Assembly: GCA_965112155.1 (NCBI GenBank) | Contig: OZ218101.1 | DNA: 64,000 bases | Source of the DNA: Podarcis liolepis | Taxonomy: Eukaryota | Direction: 5' to 3' (one strand) | In this document: piece after piece, positions 1 through 13,531 of the stretch | Layout of the letters: each line of letters opens with the position of its first letter | Numbering within the stretch: position 1 is the stretch's first letter | Position numbers and translations under genes: made by a program | Notes under the pieces: model-generated | What the model was told of the DNA's origin: nothing | Databases searched by the model: none | What the model saw: only the letters and a program-made list of their open reading frames with translations

Positions 1-685
1 CTTTAATAAGGTGCTACCTGAGCCACTTTCAAATGCACACAGAAAGACATAACTCCTAAGGATGCAGAATGCTTGATAAACTTCCATCCTACACCTAGGG
101 GACTTATGCGTAAGAAGTAGGCTTTTGTTGACTGGACGGTATACAAATGAATGCATAACACTTAATAAATTGGGGGGGATTTGTGAATTGATTACTGCTG
201 AAATTGAGGGCCAAAGGTTCCGCACACCATATGATACACCTGTGTCTCTGTGGTCATCTCATGTATGTGCTTTTCCTTTCATGGAAGAGATACTTGTGTG
301 GGGAAATTGTTGAGAATGACGTAGCCTTAGTTGTTGTTTTTTTCTTCTTGTTTTGCATTATCTTATATTGCAACCCTAGATGCAACAGTAATCAGAGACT
401 TTTGGCTTAACTAGATGGATATTCTGTTTTCTTCTTTTGGAAGCAGCTGCCCCTTTAAAGAAAGGGCTGCCAGTTTGGGCTGGGGGTGCAGCAATGGAGG
501 ATAGTCGAACCCTTCCGCCAGTGATCCATATATACCATGAACTTCTTGTTAGTTATGAATTTATGTACAGGCACAATATGGCCTCAGATTAACTGCTTTC
601 TTTGTGAAGTATTTCCTGGCACTAAGCAAGCAATGACTGGGTCCTAAAGTCTAAATTTCTCCCACTTTCTCACAAAGAGAGAAAG

Positions 686-716
686 AGTGTGTGTGTGTGT
701 GTGTGTATGTGTATGT
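686..716. repeat. (GT)n microsatellite
   Basis: Dinucleotide run. Confidence 0.9.
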
Positions 717-1674
717 ACAGCCAGAGCTCTTGGATTCAGTGAAGGATCAGCTGTTAATTCCCTGAAGCCAAATCAGGACACACACAGACCGCTTTTGTTT
801 CCATCTCTTCAGCTTCTTAGCAGTTTCCTCACTCCTCAGATCTCTTTACTCTTTCGACAGTCTCCATCTGTCAGTGTTTATGTAGTGCTCAAAATGAAGC
901 AAGAAGGGAACAGAAAGTTCACTGAAACATCAAGTAGGATAAGACCAAAATTTCAGTTTAAAAATCTATCTTAATAACAACTGCACACTGCAGCTTCCTG
1001 CCTGGCTTATTTTCTTCCCTCAAAGGGGCCATTGACATTTCAGTGTACTTTAGTTCTTAAATCCATTGATTTCCTTTCCATTCTTCTCCATGAATGTTGC
1101 GAGAAAATTGGTAATGCAGTTGTGTTTTATGTAGGCAGAACATAGGGGAAATAATGTGGAAAGTCATCATATGGTAGGTATAAAGCAAAACTGATGGCTT
1201 TCCTGCTCCAGGTTATGTTTCAGTTCTTGAGCATTGGTTGGGGCAAGTCCACGCAACAAGGTCAACTGCAGATCAACTCCAAAAAGCAATAACACAAATC
1301 AGGAACAAGGCAGAATCTAGGTGACACTATGGTTAAAACTGAGCATAGTCCAAAGGGAAAGTTGTGGAGAAGAGATCTAGAGGTCAGCAGCACTGGCCAG
1401 TCAAGAGATAGATGGATACAGCAAAGCCACTAAGTCAGGTTGCCATGGTCCGGGAGGTGAAAGCCCAGTGTTGTTCCAGCACCTACCAGACCTCAATGAG
1501 GGGTTGTATGGTCTGGTGTCTCAGGCTCCACCCAAGACCAGCAGTAAGCACTCAGTGCTGCTATTGAAGGATCCCGTACACCCAAGGAGCCATTTACTTG
1601 TAAGCCTCTTGATCCCTTTGACTTTCAGGTACTCACTCCTTTGCCAAGTGGTCACTCAGCCTGCTCTAAGGCAA

Positions 1675-1816
1675 CATAGAATTGTAGAGTTGACAGGGAT
1701 CCTGAGGATCATCTAGTCTAACCCCTTGCAATTCAGGAGTATGCAGCTGTCCCATATGGGGATTGAACCTGCAAACTAGGCATTCTAAACACCACGCTCT
1801 AACCAACTGATCTATG
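1675..1816 (-). mobile_element. tRNA-head SINE with CR1-type tail
   Basis: Minus strand AG.TCAGTTGGTTAGAGCGTGGTG...GCAGGTTCAATCCCC head; tail ...CAACTCTACAATTCTATG. Confidence 0.6.
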
Positions 1817-1966
1817 TACTAGACTTGGCCAGTAACTGAGCTGCAGTTTCTATGCCATCAATGTACACAGTGCTTTAAAGAAGCAGCCCCCAAAATCTGT
1901 TTGCTTAGCAAGGTTTGTTTCAAATGATTATTTATTTAGCAACATTTATATACCACTCAATCAATT

Positions 1967-1994
1967 AAACAAACAAACAAACAAACAAACAAAC
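1967..1994. repeat. (AAAC)7 microsatellite
   Basis: Tetranucleotide run. Confidence 0.9.
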
Positions 1995-2116
1995 CTCTAA
2001 GCGGTGGTCATAAAATGGTATAAAATGTTCACTTTAAAGTAGTAATAGAAACAGCAGCTCTTAATATAAAACAGTTGATTATATTAGGTCCCTAACCTAA
2101 GGAGCTTACAACCTAA

Positions 2117-2364
2117 GGGCCAATCTAGACAGGAGTAGCAGCTGTTGGGTGTTTGTAATCATAATCAGGATCGCAGCAGGCCTCGAGGGGGGATTTAATG
2201 CCTTCCCTGCCCTGCTGCAGTCCTAACCAAAAAATGTTCCTTTGAAGCTATTATTCGCATTTGGGAGGAAATCTCCTATTATCCCCCTTCCCCAGTGACT
2301 GCTATTTCCATTTTTAAAGCCCTAAAGGTTAAGTACGAAGATGCACTCCTGTCTAGTTTGGCCC
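2117..2364. mobile_element. PIF/Harbinger-like MITE (same family as 43886)
   Basis: TIR gggccaatctagacaggagt / actcctgtctagtttggccc; TSD not preserved. Confidence 0.65.
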
Positions 2365-2409
2365 TCCTTTTTCAGCAGCAGGAGAGACAAAAATAATGGG
2401 GAAAAGGGT

Positions 2410-2926
2410 AATAATAATAATAATTTTATTTATATCCCGCCCTCCCTAGCCAAAGCCGGGCTCAGAGCAGCTAACAACAGTAAAAATAGCACAGTTTACA
2501 TAAAATCACAGTCAATTAATTGAAATACATTCTAAAATCAATTCATTCTAAAATCAATTCAGAATCAAATTAATAGCAACCATTGGGCTAGAGTTCTATG
2601 AGGTTTACAGAAGTAGGGGGTCAGACTGTGCCTTGGCCAAAGGCCTGGTGGAACAGCTGTGTTGCAGGCCCTGCGGAAAGATGTCAAGTCCCGCAGGGCC
2701 CTAGCCTCTTATGACAGAGAGTTCCACCAGATCGGGGTCACAGCTGAAAAAGCCCTGGCTCTGGTTGAGGCCAGCCTAACCTCCCTGTGGCCCAGGATCT
2801 CCAAGATGTTTTTATTTGAAGACCATAAGGTCCTCTGTGGGACATACCAGGAGAGGCGGTCCCGTAGGTACAAGGGTCCTAGGTCGTATAGGGCTTTAAA
2901 GGTTAAAACCAGCACCTTAAACCTGA
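2410..2926 (-). mobile_element. L2-clade LINE 3' fragment
   Basis: Encodes IRFKVLVLTFKALYDLGPLYLRDRL...RAFSAVTPIWWNSL (L2 ORF2 C-terminus), then 3'UTR and (TTA)n tail. Confidence 0.85.
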
Positions 2927-3526
2927 TACCAGAGAGAGAGGAAAGTGCATTACCTTCGTCCAATAAAAATGTAAAGGAGAGTGCAGATTTTCACGAACTT
3001 TGCATAAGCTTATTTGTATGCATGCATGCAAGTTTAGAAACATGGAGGAATTCAGTGTTGAATTAAAACAGGCTTTCATTCAGTGCAAGCATTTCTCCTT
3101 GCCCAATGAAGCAACCTCTCTCCCCCCACCCCTTGTGCTGTTCTGGAGATTCTCCCTGACACCCAAAGAGCCAATATGGGGCATGTACACGGGGAGAAGG
3201 TGGGGAAGTCCTGTTGCACTAGCAGAAGCCCTTTTATAGGGTCCGGTTAGTAGAACAACTTAGTTGAATCCATCCCAATTGTTACAATTTCAACAGAAAT
3301 GCAGTCTCACCATAGTGGGGGAGACAGTGACAAGGTGATGTTTGCGCTGCTCAGTCAGCTTTCCAGATGCTCACTGCTGATGGGCAACTCCAAGGCCCCT
3401 CCTGTCGTCTCCCTTCTTAGTTCTTTGTCTTTAAACTGGGCTTGGATAAGACTTCTGTTCAAGTAGAGGACTATGCTCTGTAAAGTAGGATGCATGGCCA
3501 CCCTAGAAAGATTGCAATGGAAGAGA

Positions 3527-3527
<1 letters not shown>

Positions 3528-3557
<30 letters not shown>

Positions 3558-3580
3558 AAGAAGAAGAAGAAGAAGAAGAA
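3528..3580. repeat. (AAG)17 microsatellite
   Basis: Perfect trinucleotide run. Confidence 0.97.
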
Positions 3581-3692
3581 AATACATATGGCAAATAGAA
3601 TTGTATTGGCTTAGGGTGTATTCTGAAGGATGTGGGAATGAAGGGCTTTGCTTTAAAAAGTGGGGCCTGGCTGGAGAGGTTGCACTTCCACA

Positions 3693-3995
3693 GGCACATA
3701 CCTCCACATGTTGTGGGAATGTCCCCAAATCCAACTCTTCCGGACAGCAATCATATAAGAAATATTCAAAATAACTAAGCAAGTATTAGAAGTCACCCCA
3801 GAACTGGCCCTACTAAACATCTTCCAAAATAATAATGCCCACTCACATCATAAAGAGCTCATAACCCACCTACTCTCAACAGCCAGAAACATCATAGCCA
3901 GGAGAGACCTGTCAAGAGTAAGCATGGACCAATGGTATCAAATAGTATGGGAAACAGCCTTATTAGAAAAACTATCCAATAAACTGAAGGAAGAA
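3693..3995 (+). mobile_element. L1/Tx1 LINE ORF2 C-terminal fragment
   Basis: GTYLHMLWECPQIQLFRTAII*EIFKITKQVLEVTPELALL...LITHLLSTARNIIAR, resembling the zinc-knuckle region; in-frame stop. Confidence 0.75.
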
Positions 3996-5676
3996 AGGCA
4001 GGGGTGGTGATCCAGAGTATACATATAGGGATTTATACATGTTGGCTCCAGACCTGATGCTGGGCAACTCATCTTCTGATGAAGACAGGTCTCCCAGAAC
4101 CTACATATGGCGCTGCCCTGCCCCTCAAAAAAATTCTGACAGTGTTTTAGAAGAGCACAGCATCCAGGGAGAGACCTCACCAGGTTTGCCTCCAGAGGTA
4201 GGGAAGGGGTTTCAGATTGTAGGGGAATGGAACGATTTAAAAGCTTGCTCTTTAATCAATTCTTTATTAACATACCCTCACAAAAGTAGTAATATTTAAT
4301 AATAGAGCAGCTGATAAAATAGTTATTGCTTTCATAGAGAAAAAACTGAAATCTGTAAGTTGTATCCAATTATCTTCCTTAGGAGTATCCAATGTCTTCA
4401 TCAGAGTAGACCCATTGAACTTAATCGAGCTAATTTAATCATAGCCATTATTTTTAATGGCTCTACTACCCTGACATTAGAGACCATTCCATATACATAC
4501 TATTTGGCTAAACTGATATTTCTGCAGAAAAACACTGTGTATATAATGTACCGTAGTTTAAAAGCCTGCTGTTCTTAAAGTACTGTACAATACCATTGAC
4601 ATTTGCCCTCTAGTGGATTTAGGAAAGAAATGCACCTTGTGAATTTGAATTTGAAACGAGAGGCAATGTTTTCAAATGTTTTGCACTCCTGGTTCAGAGT
4701 TGTAAGGCTACTCTGGAAATGTGAGAGGAGGACCTGGACTGAGCGATTCTTTCGCTCTAATTTCCTCCCTACACATGGCTGAGGATTATGCCTTTGCACC
4801 CCACCTACTGGATGCACCTGCCCTGCCAGATACCTTTGTTGGGTGTAATGTTTGCATTTGCCGTACTGTATATGTATGAAATCCAATGTGCTTAGGCTTG
4901 AGAAGCATGACTGTGTTCCCACCTACAATCTTTTATTTATTTAAAGAATTTTCACATCTTCACTCAAAGAGAGTTCTCAGAGTGACTTGTAGTTCACTAA
5001 AACAAGATAGTCCCTGCCCTCCAGCTTATGATATAAAAAGACACAACACAAAAGGAAAATGGACTGGGGGAGCTGAGGAAATAAGCAGACTCAGGAACAA
5101 GTTCTTCATTATCAGCTCTTCTGCTGGCCAGTTGGGGTGGACCCTCCGATGAACTGGCCCTGCATCCTGTCTTTCCCCTCATTTGCTATAGCTTGATGTG
5201 ATGCAGGGTGGGGAACGTCTGCTCTATGGGCAAAACTTGGCTCACTAGGCCATTTTGGGGGAGCCACACCCACCTGTCCTACACCTGTTGGCATGCATGA
5301 TGTTAGTGTGAGGCAGGTTAAAGACATGTCTTCAAAAGAATCCACGGGATCCTAAAGTGGGCTTCCATTTGCTACTTTGCTGGAGCAAGGCGTCTTTGTA
5401 ACCCCACCCCCATGTAAGTGGGCAGTAGGAGCACACCTTGCGCAAGAAGGGAACGGCAAGGCGAAGCGTGAGGAGGCTTGCAGAATGGTGTGATAAATTC
5501 CCTCTCCTCCCCTTTTGACATCTGATATTGTGGAGAGAAAGGAGATGGTGGGGAGGCTTGCAATGCCCTTTGCACTGTGGTTCGCAAGCTTGGGAGCCCC
5601 ATGCAAGGGATTGTGACTGGTGGGGCAATCTACCTGTAAATTATGTAACATCAAAGTTAGTGCTGGGTAAAGATCT

Positions 5677-5835
5677 ATTATTGTTGTTGTTGTTGTTGTT
5701 ATCATCATCATTATTATTATTTATACTGCCCTTCATCCATAGATCTTAGGGCAGTTCACAACATAAAATTGCAATAGAAAAAAACACTAAATACATAATA
5801 AAAATAAGAATAAAAACAAACCAGTTATCCCTCCT
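5677..5835 (-). mobile_element. L2-type 3' end with compound (TTG)/(ATC)/(ATT) microsatellite tail (related ends at ~14410-14468 and ~38530-38580)
   Basis: tttatactgcccttcatccatagatcttagggcagttcacaa motif recurs three times in the window. Confidence 0.55.
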
Positions 5836-8461
5836 CCTGTGGACCCAAAAAGGTCCCCCCTCCCCGATGTAATGGTTAAGAGTACGCATCAGTTCTGGAT
5901 GTGCTGTGTGGATTACAAGGTGAATCAAGGTGATTCAGAGATCTTCACATTTCCAAGTAGAATCTGGGACTCCTGAAGATCCCAAGTTGCCCTGTGGTCT
6001 CACTTGTCCAAAAACGGCACAACCATTTCTCTCCCACCCTGCAAAATAAAACCAAGCAGACTGGAGAAACGCCCAGAGCTGGAGAGAAAAGAGGCTGGAG
6101 AAGTGGGGAATCTTTTGTTTCAACAGAGAGGTCTAGCTTTTAATCACAGTGAATTATTTTCATGAGCACTTCAATCACATTTATTTGGGAGAGGAATTTT
6201 AAAATATATGTGGATGTATGCCTTTTCCAATGACTGGAATTAAAGTGATTATTAAGTACTGGCATCCTACCCAATCTTTCATGAGGAATTATGCTATTTC
6301 TCTTTACCCCAGCCACAGTTTTCCCAAAGCAGGTCTATTTAGAGATCTCTGAGGGCAGAGAGGGCACATCCCCAAAAGTCCATGGCACAGCACAGGGCAC
6401 AATGTCAGCCCCCCCCCAACGCTTTGGGAAACATAATTGCTGTAGGAGGGAGGGATATTCTGCCATTTTTGAACAAAAGGTGGTTTATAATTTTAAAAAT
6501 AAATTCTTAGTTTGCAGCATACCCAAAGTTCCAATTTAAGTATTTTACTCAAAATATTTCATGTAAAGCAAAGGAGCAGGGTGAGAGAAATTACTGTACA
6601 TAATCTAAATCACTGGTTTATTTTTGTCATTCTTCTTCTTCTTCTTCACATTTTTCAGCTTTTTAAACTGTCTCCAGCTTTTGTTGTTAGTTTTGCCTTG
6701 ATTGAGTTTTAATCACCATCAGGGATGCACTAGACATCTATGTAAGTTAAATAAACAATTCCAAAAGCTTTCTTAATATTGGAAGATGCAGATTACAGAT
6801 CCTTCATTACTTCTCAAAGTGAAGTGGGTACTTTTATTTCTATTTACCTTACCACCCTCTCCACTTTTGATTTACCCTTTTAAAAGAAGCTAAGTCCTAA
6901 TCACTCTTATCCAAAAAATGGGACTTTGCCTAGTGATATATAATCCTTCTCTCAAGTATTTTATCATCTCATCTTTAAACATGAAGAGGCAAGAGATGTA
7001 AATCCCATACTAAATGAAGCCCTGTATGAATATTTTGTATGATTTATTCAGAAAGCTCAGGTGTCTTAATGCATTTTGATGTGATCAGGGGAAGTTTTGC
7101 GCCACAAAAAATAAGCCTAAGGAGGCTCAGAATTCTCTTGTTGGATCAGATGAGGGTCCATTTAACCCAATATTACATTTTCAACAGCAGCCAAACCACA
7201 TGCCTCCTGGAAGTTCACAAGCAGGTTGTGTGGTGGCTTTCCTAGTTGTGTCTAGCATTTGGCATCCCAAGAAATACAGCCTCTGAACAGGGATGTTTCT
7301 AGGTCAGCTTTAGCCATTGGCCTTAAAAGCCAGTGTAAGTAACTCATAACCTATTGATATTCTGTCTTAACAGCTGCCCTACTAAAACTGTAGAGGCCAA
7401 TAGGCTTTCCATAGGAAAAGACTCCTGACTCTTTTATTGGCCTATCGTTTCCTTTTATATAAAGATTGCTGCCTCTAAAATCCTTGAACCCTTCACTAGT
7501 GCTAGCAGCTCTATTAAATCTTCTTTATTGAATGCTTTAAAATGTAGCTCCTGGGATTACCGACTTCCAAGCATGATCTTACCACAATGAGATAAATCAC
7601 CAACATATTAACCTCTCTCTATTAAATGCACATCACCCAAAGGCATTTTGCTTATGACAGAAACCATACATCAGGAGCCTGGATTTCTAAAGCAGCAATT
7701 TACCCATTTCTGTTAGAGGGGAACACAATGGCCCACCCTCAGCAGCAACCATCTCTGGAGTGCAGTTATGTCAAATATTTATTAGCGGCAGAAATATTCA
7801 ACATGATATTTCAGAGTTAAAAGCCCAAGCTGAGTTTTATAGCATCCCTTCATATGCAAGTAAAAAGAGTATTAGAGTAAATGCACGGCCTTTTAAAGAC
7901 TGAGAAGCCCAAGGGCAGAGTCCCCTTCTTTCTCATTGCATTTCTTCCTACAGCTGGTGGGGAGAAAATACCTAAATATGCACATATATTTTCAAAAGCA
8001 TCGTTTTTAAAATATCTTTTTTTACATCAGAAGCATTACGTTCCGATTTTTGTCTCTTCAAGTCCAAAGGGAAAAATTAGACTGACTTGTAATGTATCCA
8101 GGATTCTTTTCTTGGTGGGGCCCAATGCCACAGACCACTGTATTCATGGGCATGGTGTCCACTCCACACAATATAGCACCTTGTGGCAACATGCTTCTAC
8201 ATTTTCTCTCCTGCTGTGTAACTGTTTGTCTGTCTTACCAATCTGTGTGTGTGTGGCAATCTAGCTGTGTGAGAATCTTTGTGTATATCTATATATAATC
8301 TGCACACATTCCATCACACTTACAAGCTTAGAGTGGCAGGAAATCTTCACAACTGTGAATCTGACAGCACTAATGCAGGTGGGTGTTATATTCAAGCTTC
8401 AAACAAGAGATATCATGAACTCCAATGAAATGTTATTTGGAGAAATATTTTAAAAATGAAC

Positions 8462-8635
8462 AACACAGGAAGCTGCCATATACAATCTGACCATTAGCTC
8501 AATGCTGTCTACCCTGACCAGCAACAGTCCTCCAGGGTCTCAGGCAGGGGCATTCCCAATCTTATCTTGAGATATCAGGGTTAGAACCTGAGACCTTGTA
8601 TGTGAAAGTCAGATGCTCTACCACGGAGCCACCCC
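8462..8635 (-). mobile_element. Old tRNA-derived SINE with CR1-like tail (related copies ~17225-17390+, ~21783-21962-, ~44340-44465+, ~49822-50010+, ~56570-56735-)
   Basis: Head GCTC.GTGGTAGAGCATCTG...GGTTC.A and tail gagctagatggaccaatg...gcagcttcct shared among copies. Confidence 0.65.
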
Positions 8636-9731
8636 TTATAAAGAACAAAGGGAAGGGGAAGCCCAGATGCTCAAACACAGTTCAGCATCCCTGTTAAGAA
8701 TGCCATATTAGGTATTTACTGGCATTACCACCCATGCCAGAACACTGACATTGTTGCTTCCTGATTTGTCAGGAAAGGAGCCCCCATGATCTCAGAAACA
8801 TTGATGAACGTTTCATGGAGTGTAGCAGTGATGTCTTTGCAGAGTGTCTTTGGCAGGGGGAAGAGAAATGGATAACCTTGAAGATGGCTTGGCTACTCAC
8901 TTTGCTTCTCATGCTGTCACTTTCCACATCAGCTATTTTTTTATTATTTGAAATTTGAACTGCACAAATGTTTTGGGAACTGCACATTCTCCACCCCCAA
9001 AGCTTTCACTTGCACATTATTTTTTACAAAAAGCCTGCTACCCACAGCCCAGTTAATGCCTTCCACAGTTGAAATGTTGACTGGTAGAAACAGTGCCCAA
9101 TGCATTTTGTTCTTTACACAGTTCCTGGGTGGGGCTTTCAGTAATGTAGACAAGTAGGAAACAGTAGCCAACTCATTCCTCTTCCCACACAGAGCATGGA
9201 TAAGTGTTGGTAACACAGGTAAAGGAGACCCACACAATTCTATTTCATGGCCATCACTTCTGTTGGCAGTCGATAACCCATGACTAGTTCAGAAAGGATG
9301 AGGAATGTATTTTGACTGGAGCAGGAAGATAATCCATGTAAGAAGTGCTGAGCTAGGAAAGCAGTGGTCACAAATATGAGATTGGGCTGTTCTGGCATGC
9401 ACTACTGCATATATACTATATTAAACCATACTTACCTTAAATATGCAGCCAAGGAACCAGTGGGGAAAAAAACAGTCGAAGGAAAGGTTGAAACTCTTTA
9501 GATTATCAATAGGAATTATTTCCCCTAGAGACAATGGGTTCTGCAGCATTTTTACAGGTGAGGGGTTACAGATAGCACTGCAGTGGAAGAGCTTTGCTGG
9601 AGACCTTGGAGAGCTTCTGCTTTTCAGGGTAGACAACACTGAACTAAATGGCCACTGGTCTGATCCTGTACAAGACAGCTTCTTGTGTTATGTTAAATGA
9701 GGTGATCTTGCCCTCAACTGCTTTTATTGTA

Positions 9732-10330
9732 CAGTGGTACCTCGGGACACAGGTGGCGCTGTGGTCTAAACCACAGAGCCTAGGGCTTGCCGATTAGAAG
9801 GTCGGCGGTTCGAATCCCCACTATGGGGTGACCTCCCGTTGCTCGGTCCCTGCTCGTGCCAACCTAGCAGTTTGAAAGCACGTCAAAGTTCAATTAGATA
9901 AATAGGTACTGCTCCAGCGGGAAGGTAAACAGCGTTTCTGTGTGCTGCTCTGGTTCACCAGAAGTGGCTTAGTCATGCTGGCCACATGACCCGGAAGCTG
10001 TACACCGGCTCCCTTGGCCAATAAAGTGAGATGAGTGCTGCAACCCCAGAGTCGTCCGCGACTGGACCTAATGGTCAGGGGTCCCTTTACCCTTTACCTT
10101 GGATTACAGACACTTTAGGCTACAGATGCTTCAGGTTACAGACTCCGCTAACCCAGAAATAGTACCTCGGGTTAAGAACTTTAGTTCAGGATGAAAACAG
10201 AAATCGTGCGGTGGCGGCGTGGCGGCAGCGGGAGGCCCCATTAGCTAAAGTGGTACCTCAGGTTAAGAACAGTTTCAGGTTAAGAACAGACCTCCAGAAC
10301 GAATTAAGTTCTTAACCTGAGGTACCACTG
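9732..10330. mobile_element. Tc1/mariner-type MITE family A (interrupted by SINE)
   Basis: TA-flanked; TIR cagtggtacctc...gaggtaccactg. Confidence 0.85.
9744..10100 (+). mobile_element. Sauria SINE, full length, nested in a Tc1/mariner-type MITE
   Basis: tRNA-derived head with B box GGTTCGAATCC, characteristic body (ggccacatgacccggaagctg) and ACCTTT-type tail. Confidence 0.9.
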
Positions 10331-10389
10331 TATAGGCCAAGTGTATATTTTCTTAGCATCAATTGACAAAAGCACAAGCAAAATCATAT

Positions 10390-11550
10390 GCAGATTTATG
10401 AAAAATAATTTTATTATGTAACACCTTGTTTTTAACAATGTTGATTTCTTTTAAAATTCAGAATACCTGCGTCATTCATGTAAAATAGTTTGATACAGTA
10501 CATTGTATGGTATAGTTTTTCCTCAAATTCTAAGGTTCTCCTAACACCTTAATCCTTTGCTTTAATAAGGGAGACCCTAAAGCAACGTGCGAACATATTT
10601 AAAAATAATTAAAATTTAAAATCCACTACATCAAGCCAGCTCTCAAAAAATCATGACAAAAATATCTGAATGAATGCTGCACTGCTTGTTTGTTTGCAGG
10701 GAACGTCACTCATGCTTTCTTTTTAATTCCAAGCATGCTCACAAATCAATTAACACCAACAGGAAAAATAAAACACTGTCTATGACAATCATTTTAGTTG
10801 GTTGCTGAACCAAACAGGTTTATCTCAGTAACACACTCATTTACTATCAAATAGCAGCTTTAATACCAGTCAAGTCATAGATTTGAGAACAAAATAAACA
10901 TATGCTGAAAATTAATCTTTGGGAGGCTTGTAAATCTGCTGGAAAAATGCTCATTTTTTGTGTCTTTAAAAAAATCTCTCTCTAGCAAATTTGTTGGTCA
11001 TAAAACATTGATCAATGTGGAAAATGAATCAACCCACAAAAAGTCACAAAAAGTCAATGTATATAAAAAAAAGTCTCAATTGGAGCCACGGTTAGTTTGC
11101 TTTCATCTCATTAACACATACTGTATGCTTCAAATACCAGTTAAAGAGATTTTGCGTACTATTGGTCAGATAACGTTGTTAACATCAATAGAATTCACAA
11201 CAACAAAAATGCTTGCCCCTAGCACATTTCACAGCTTCAACTGCTACAGACTGTCACTGAAAACAATGCATTGGTCAGTCTGAACCATGTCAAGTAAACT
11301 ATGGAAGTAGCATATCCACAACACAAACTGTGCTAGTACTTTCTTTTCAAGTCTAATTCCATAATGGGTACAATCTGAGGGAGCCACTACTCCCAGCCTG
11401 TGAAAAGTAGTGGAACTTGGCTATCAGACATTTTGAAAATGTGATAGTTTACAGTACATTCTTGCAGCCCAACGCCAGGTTCCAGGCAGACAGCAGCACG
11501 GCCAGTCCTGCAGCCTTAGCAACAGTGCATTGACTTTATTTAGGTGCAGC
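10390..11550 (-). other. CDK8: CDK8 3'UTR
   Basis: Repeat-free AU-rich stretch from the stop codon to an AATAAA; contains several seed matches to conserved miRNA families. Confidence 0.75.
10410..10415 (-). terminator. CDK8 distal polyadenylation signal AATAAA
   Basis: tttatt on + strand; a GU/U-rich element (TTTTGCTTGTGCTTTTGT on - strand) lies ~30-45 nt downstream. Confidence 0.7.
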
Positions 11551-11736
<186 letters not shown>

Positions 11737-12108
11737 TCAAATGCTGCCATGTTTAACACGACGGAAATGACAACTATGGCAGCTATTTCTATGGCTCTAG
11801 AGATTGTTGCACTATGGATTCAAGTGATGAAGCTAATTGTTAAGAGGGTAGGAAATGAAACCAGACCAACACCTTTAAACCATGGGTTGTCCATTATCTG
11901 TTTTGAAACTCAAACCACAGTTCAAGTTCTTCATATCACAGTGTGGCATGATGTATGAACTGAACTAGTTAGCAATGACACACTGTGCAGGTCTCCACTG
12001 GTGCCTTTTGACTTGAATCAGTTGGGTTTAACAAAACATATATTCAAATAGATTTTAAAAATACAACTTTTAATAGGTATGGACATAACAGCTAATATAA
12101 ATGATTCA

Positions 12109-12309
<201 letters not shown>

Positions 12310-12420
12310 TTAAAGAAAAAAATGTAAGATACAGCTCAGAGGGAGTTCATGGGTAGGAAGCATCCAGTCTTGTGTAAGGCTAAGTCAGGCACAAAGCCAC
12401 TAATTACTTAATAATAATTA

Positions 12421-12630
12421 CCGTATTTTTTGCTCTATAAGACACACCAGACCACAAGACGCACCTCGTTTTTGGAGGAGGAAAACAAGAAAAAAAATAT
12501 TCTGAATCTCAGAAGCTAGAACAACAAGAGGGATCTCTGCGCAGCCTGCATTCGCTCCATAAGACGCACACATCACTCCCCCTTACTTTTTAGGAGGGAA
12601 AAAGTGAGTCTTATAGAGCAAAAAATATGG
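12421..12630. mobile_element. Tc1/mariner (pogo/Tigger-like) MITE family D
   Basis: TA TSD; ~23-bp TIR ccgtattttttgctctataagac / gtcttatagagcaaaaaatatgg. Confidence 0.85.
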
Positions 12631-13258
12631 TATCTTACTATTTCCACCTAATTATGCAAACAAATTAAAATCAAATATAAACATACCATACAGCCCTATG
12701 ATAACTATTTATTCAGAGGTAAGCCCAATTTATTTGCCATGTTTTCAACTATGCATTTTAGGATTATAGCCTTATTCAAAATAAGTTAACATGAAAGGAA
12801 CTTGGAATCATCACTTTCTAGAGTTGCAGATAATAAAAAGACTTCAAATTAGGTACCATGAAAATGCTCAAAACCTTATTATTCTACAAGCCATGGATCA
12901 GATCTGATTACTGATTTTTTTCTGTATTATTTATGTAAACTGAAATGTTGCAGAAGTTCTCAACTTCTTGCCATGTCTGATGTATAGAGTTGGAATGACC
13001 CATAATTAATGTTAACTTCTATCCATATTAATTAATCTTCATCTCATCATATTAGTAATTTATTTTATGCTATCATTCTTATCTTGGCAGGAAATGGTTC
13101 AAAAAAAGTAGTAGCAACAATCAGGGACATATATGTAAAAGTATGGAATAATAAATCATGTACTCTCAGTAACTTAAATGCTTGAAATCAGATCCATTAA
13201 CCCTATCAAAAATATGATTGCCTTAACTTGGTAATTATAAAATTGTCCAACCTGATTA

Positions 13259-13531
<273 letters not shown>

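Noticed and set aside
1250-1670. Possible solo-LTR-like segment (similar impression at ~42540-42800)
   Set aside because: No clear TG...CA ends, TSD or second copy could be established by eye.
3355-3782. ORFs with poly-Arg, poly-Ser and poly-Leu runs
   Set aside because: These are translations of the (AAG)17 microsatellite next to an L1 fragment; there is no gene structure.
9428-9438. ATACTTACCT, matching the U1 snRNA 5' end or a perfect minus-strand splice donor
   Set aside because: The match is only 10 nt, the U1 sequence does not continue, and no linked exon was found.
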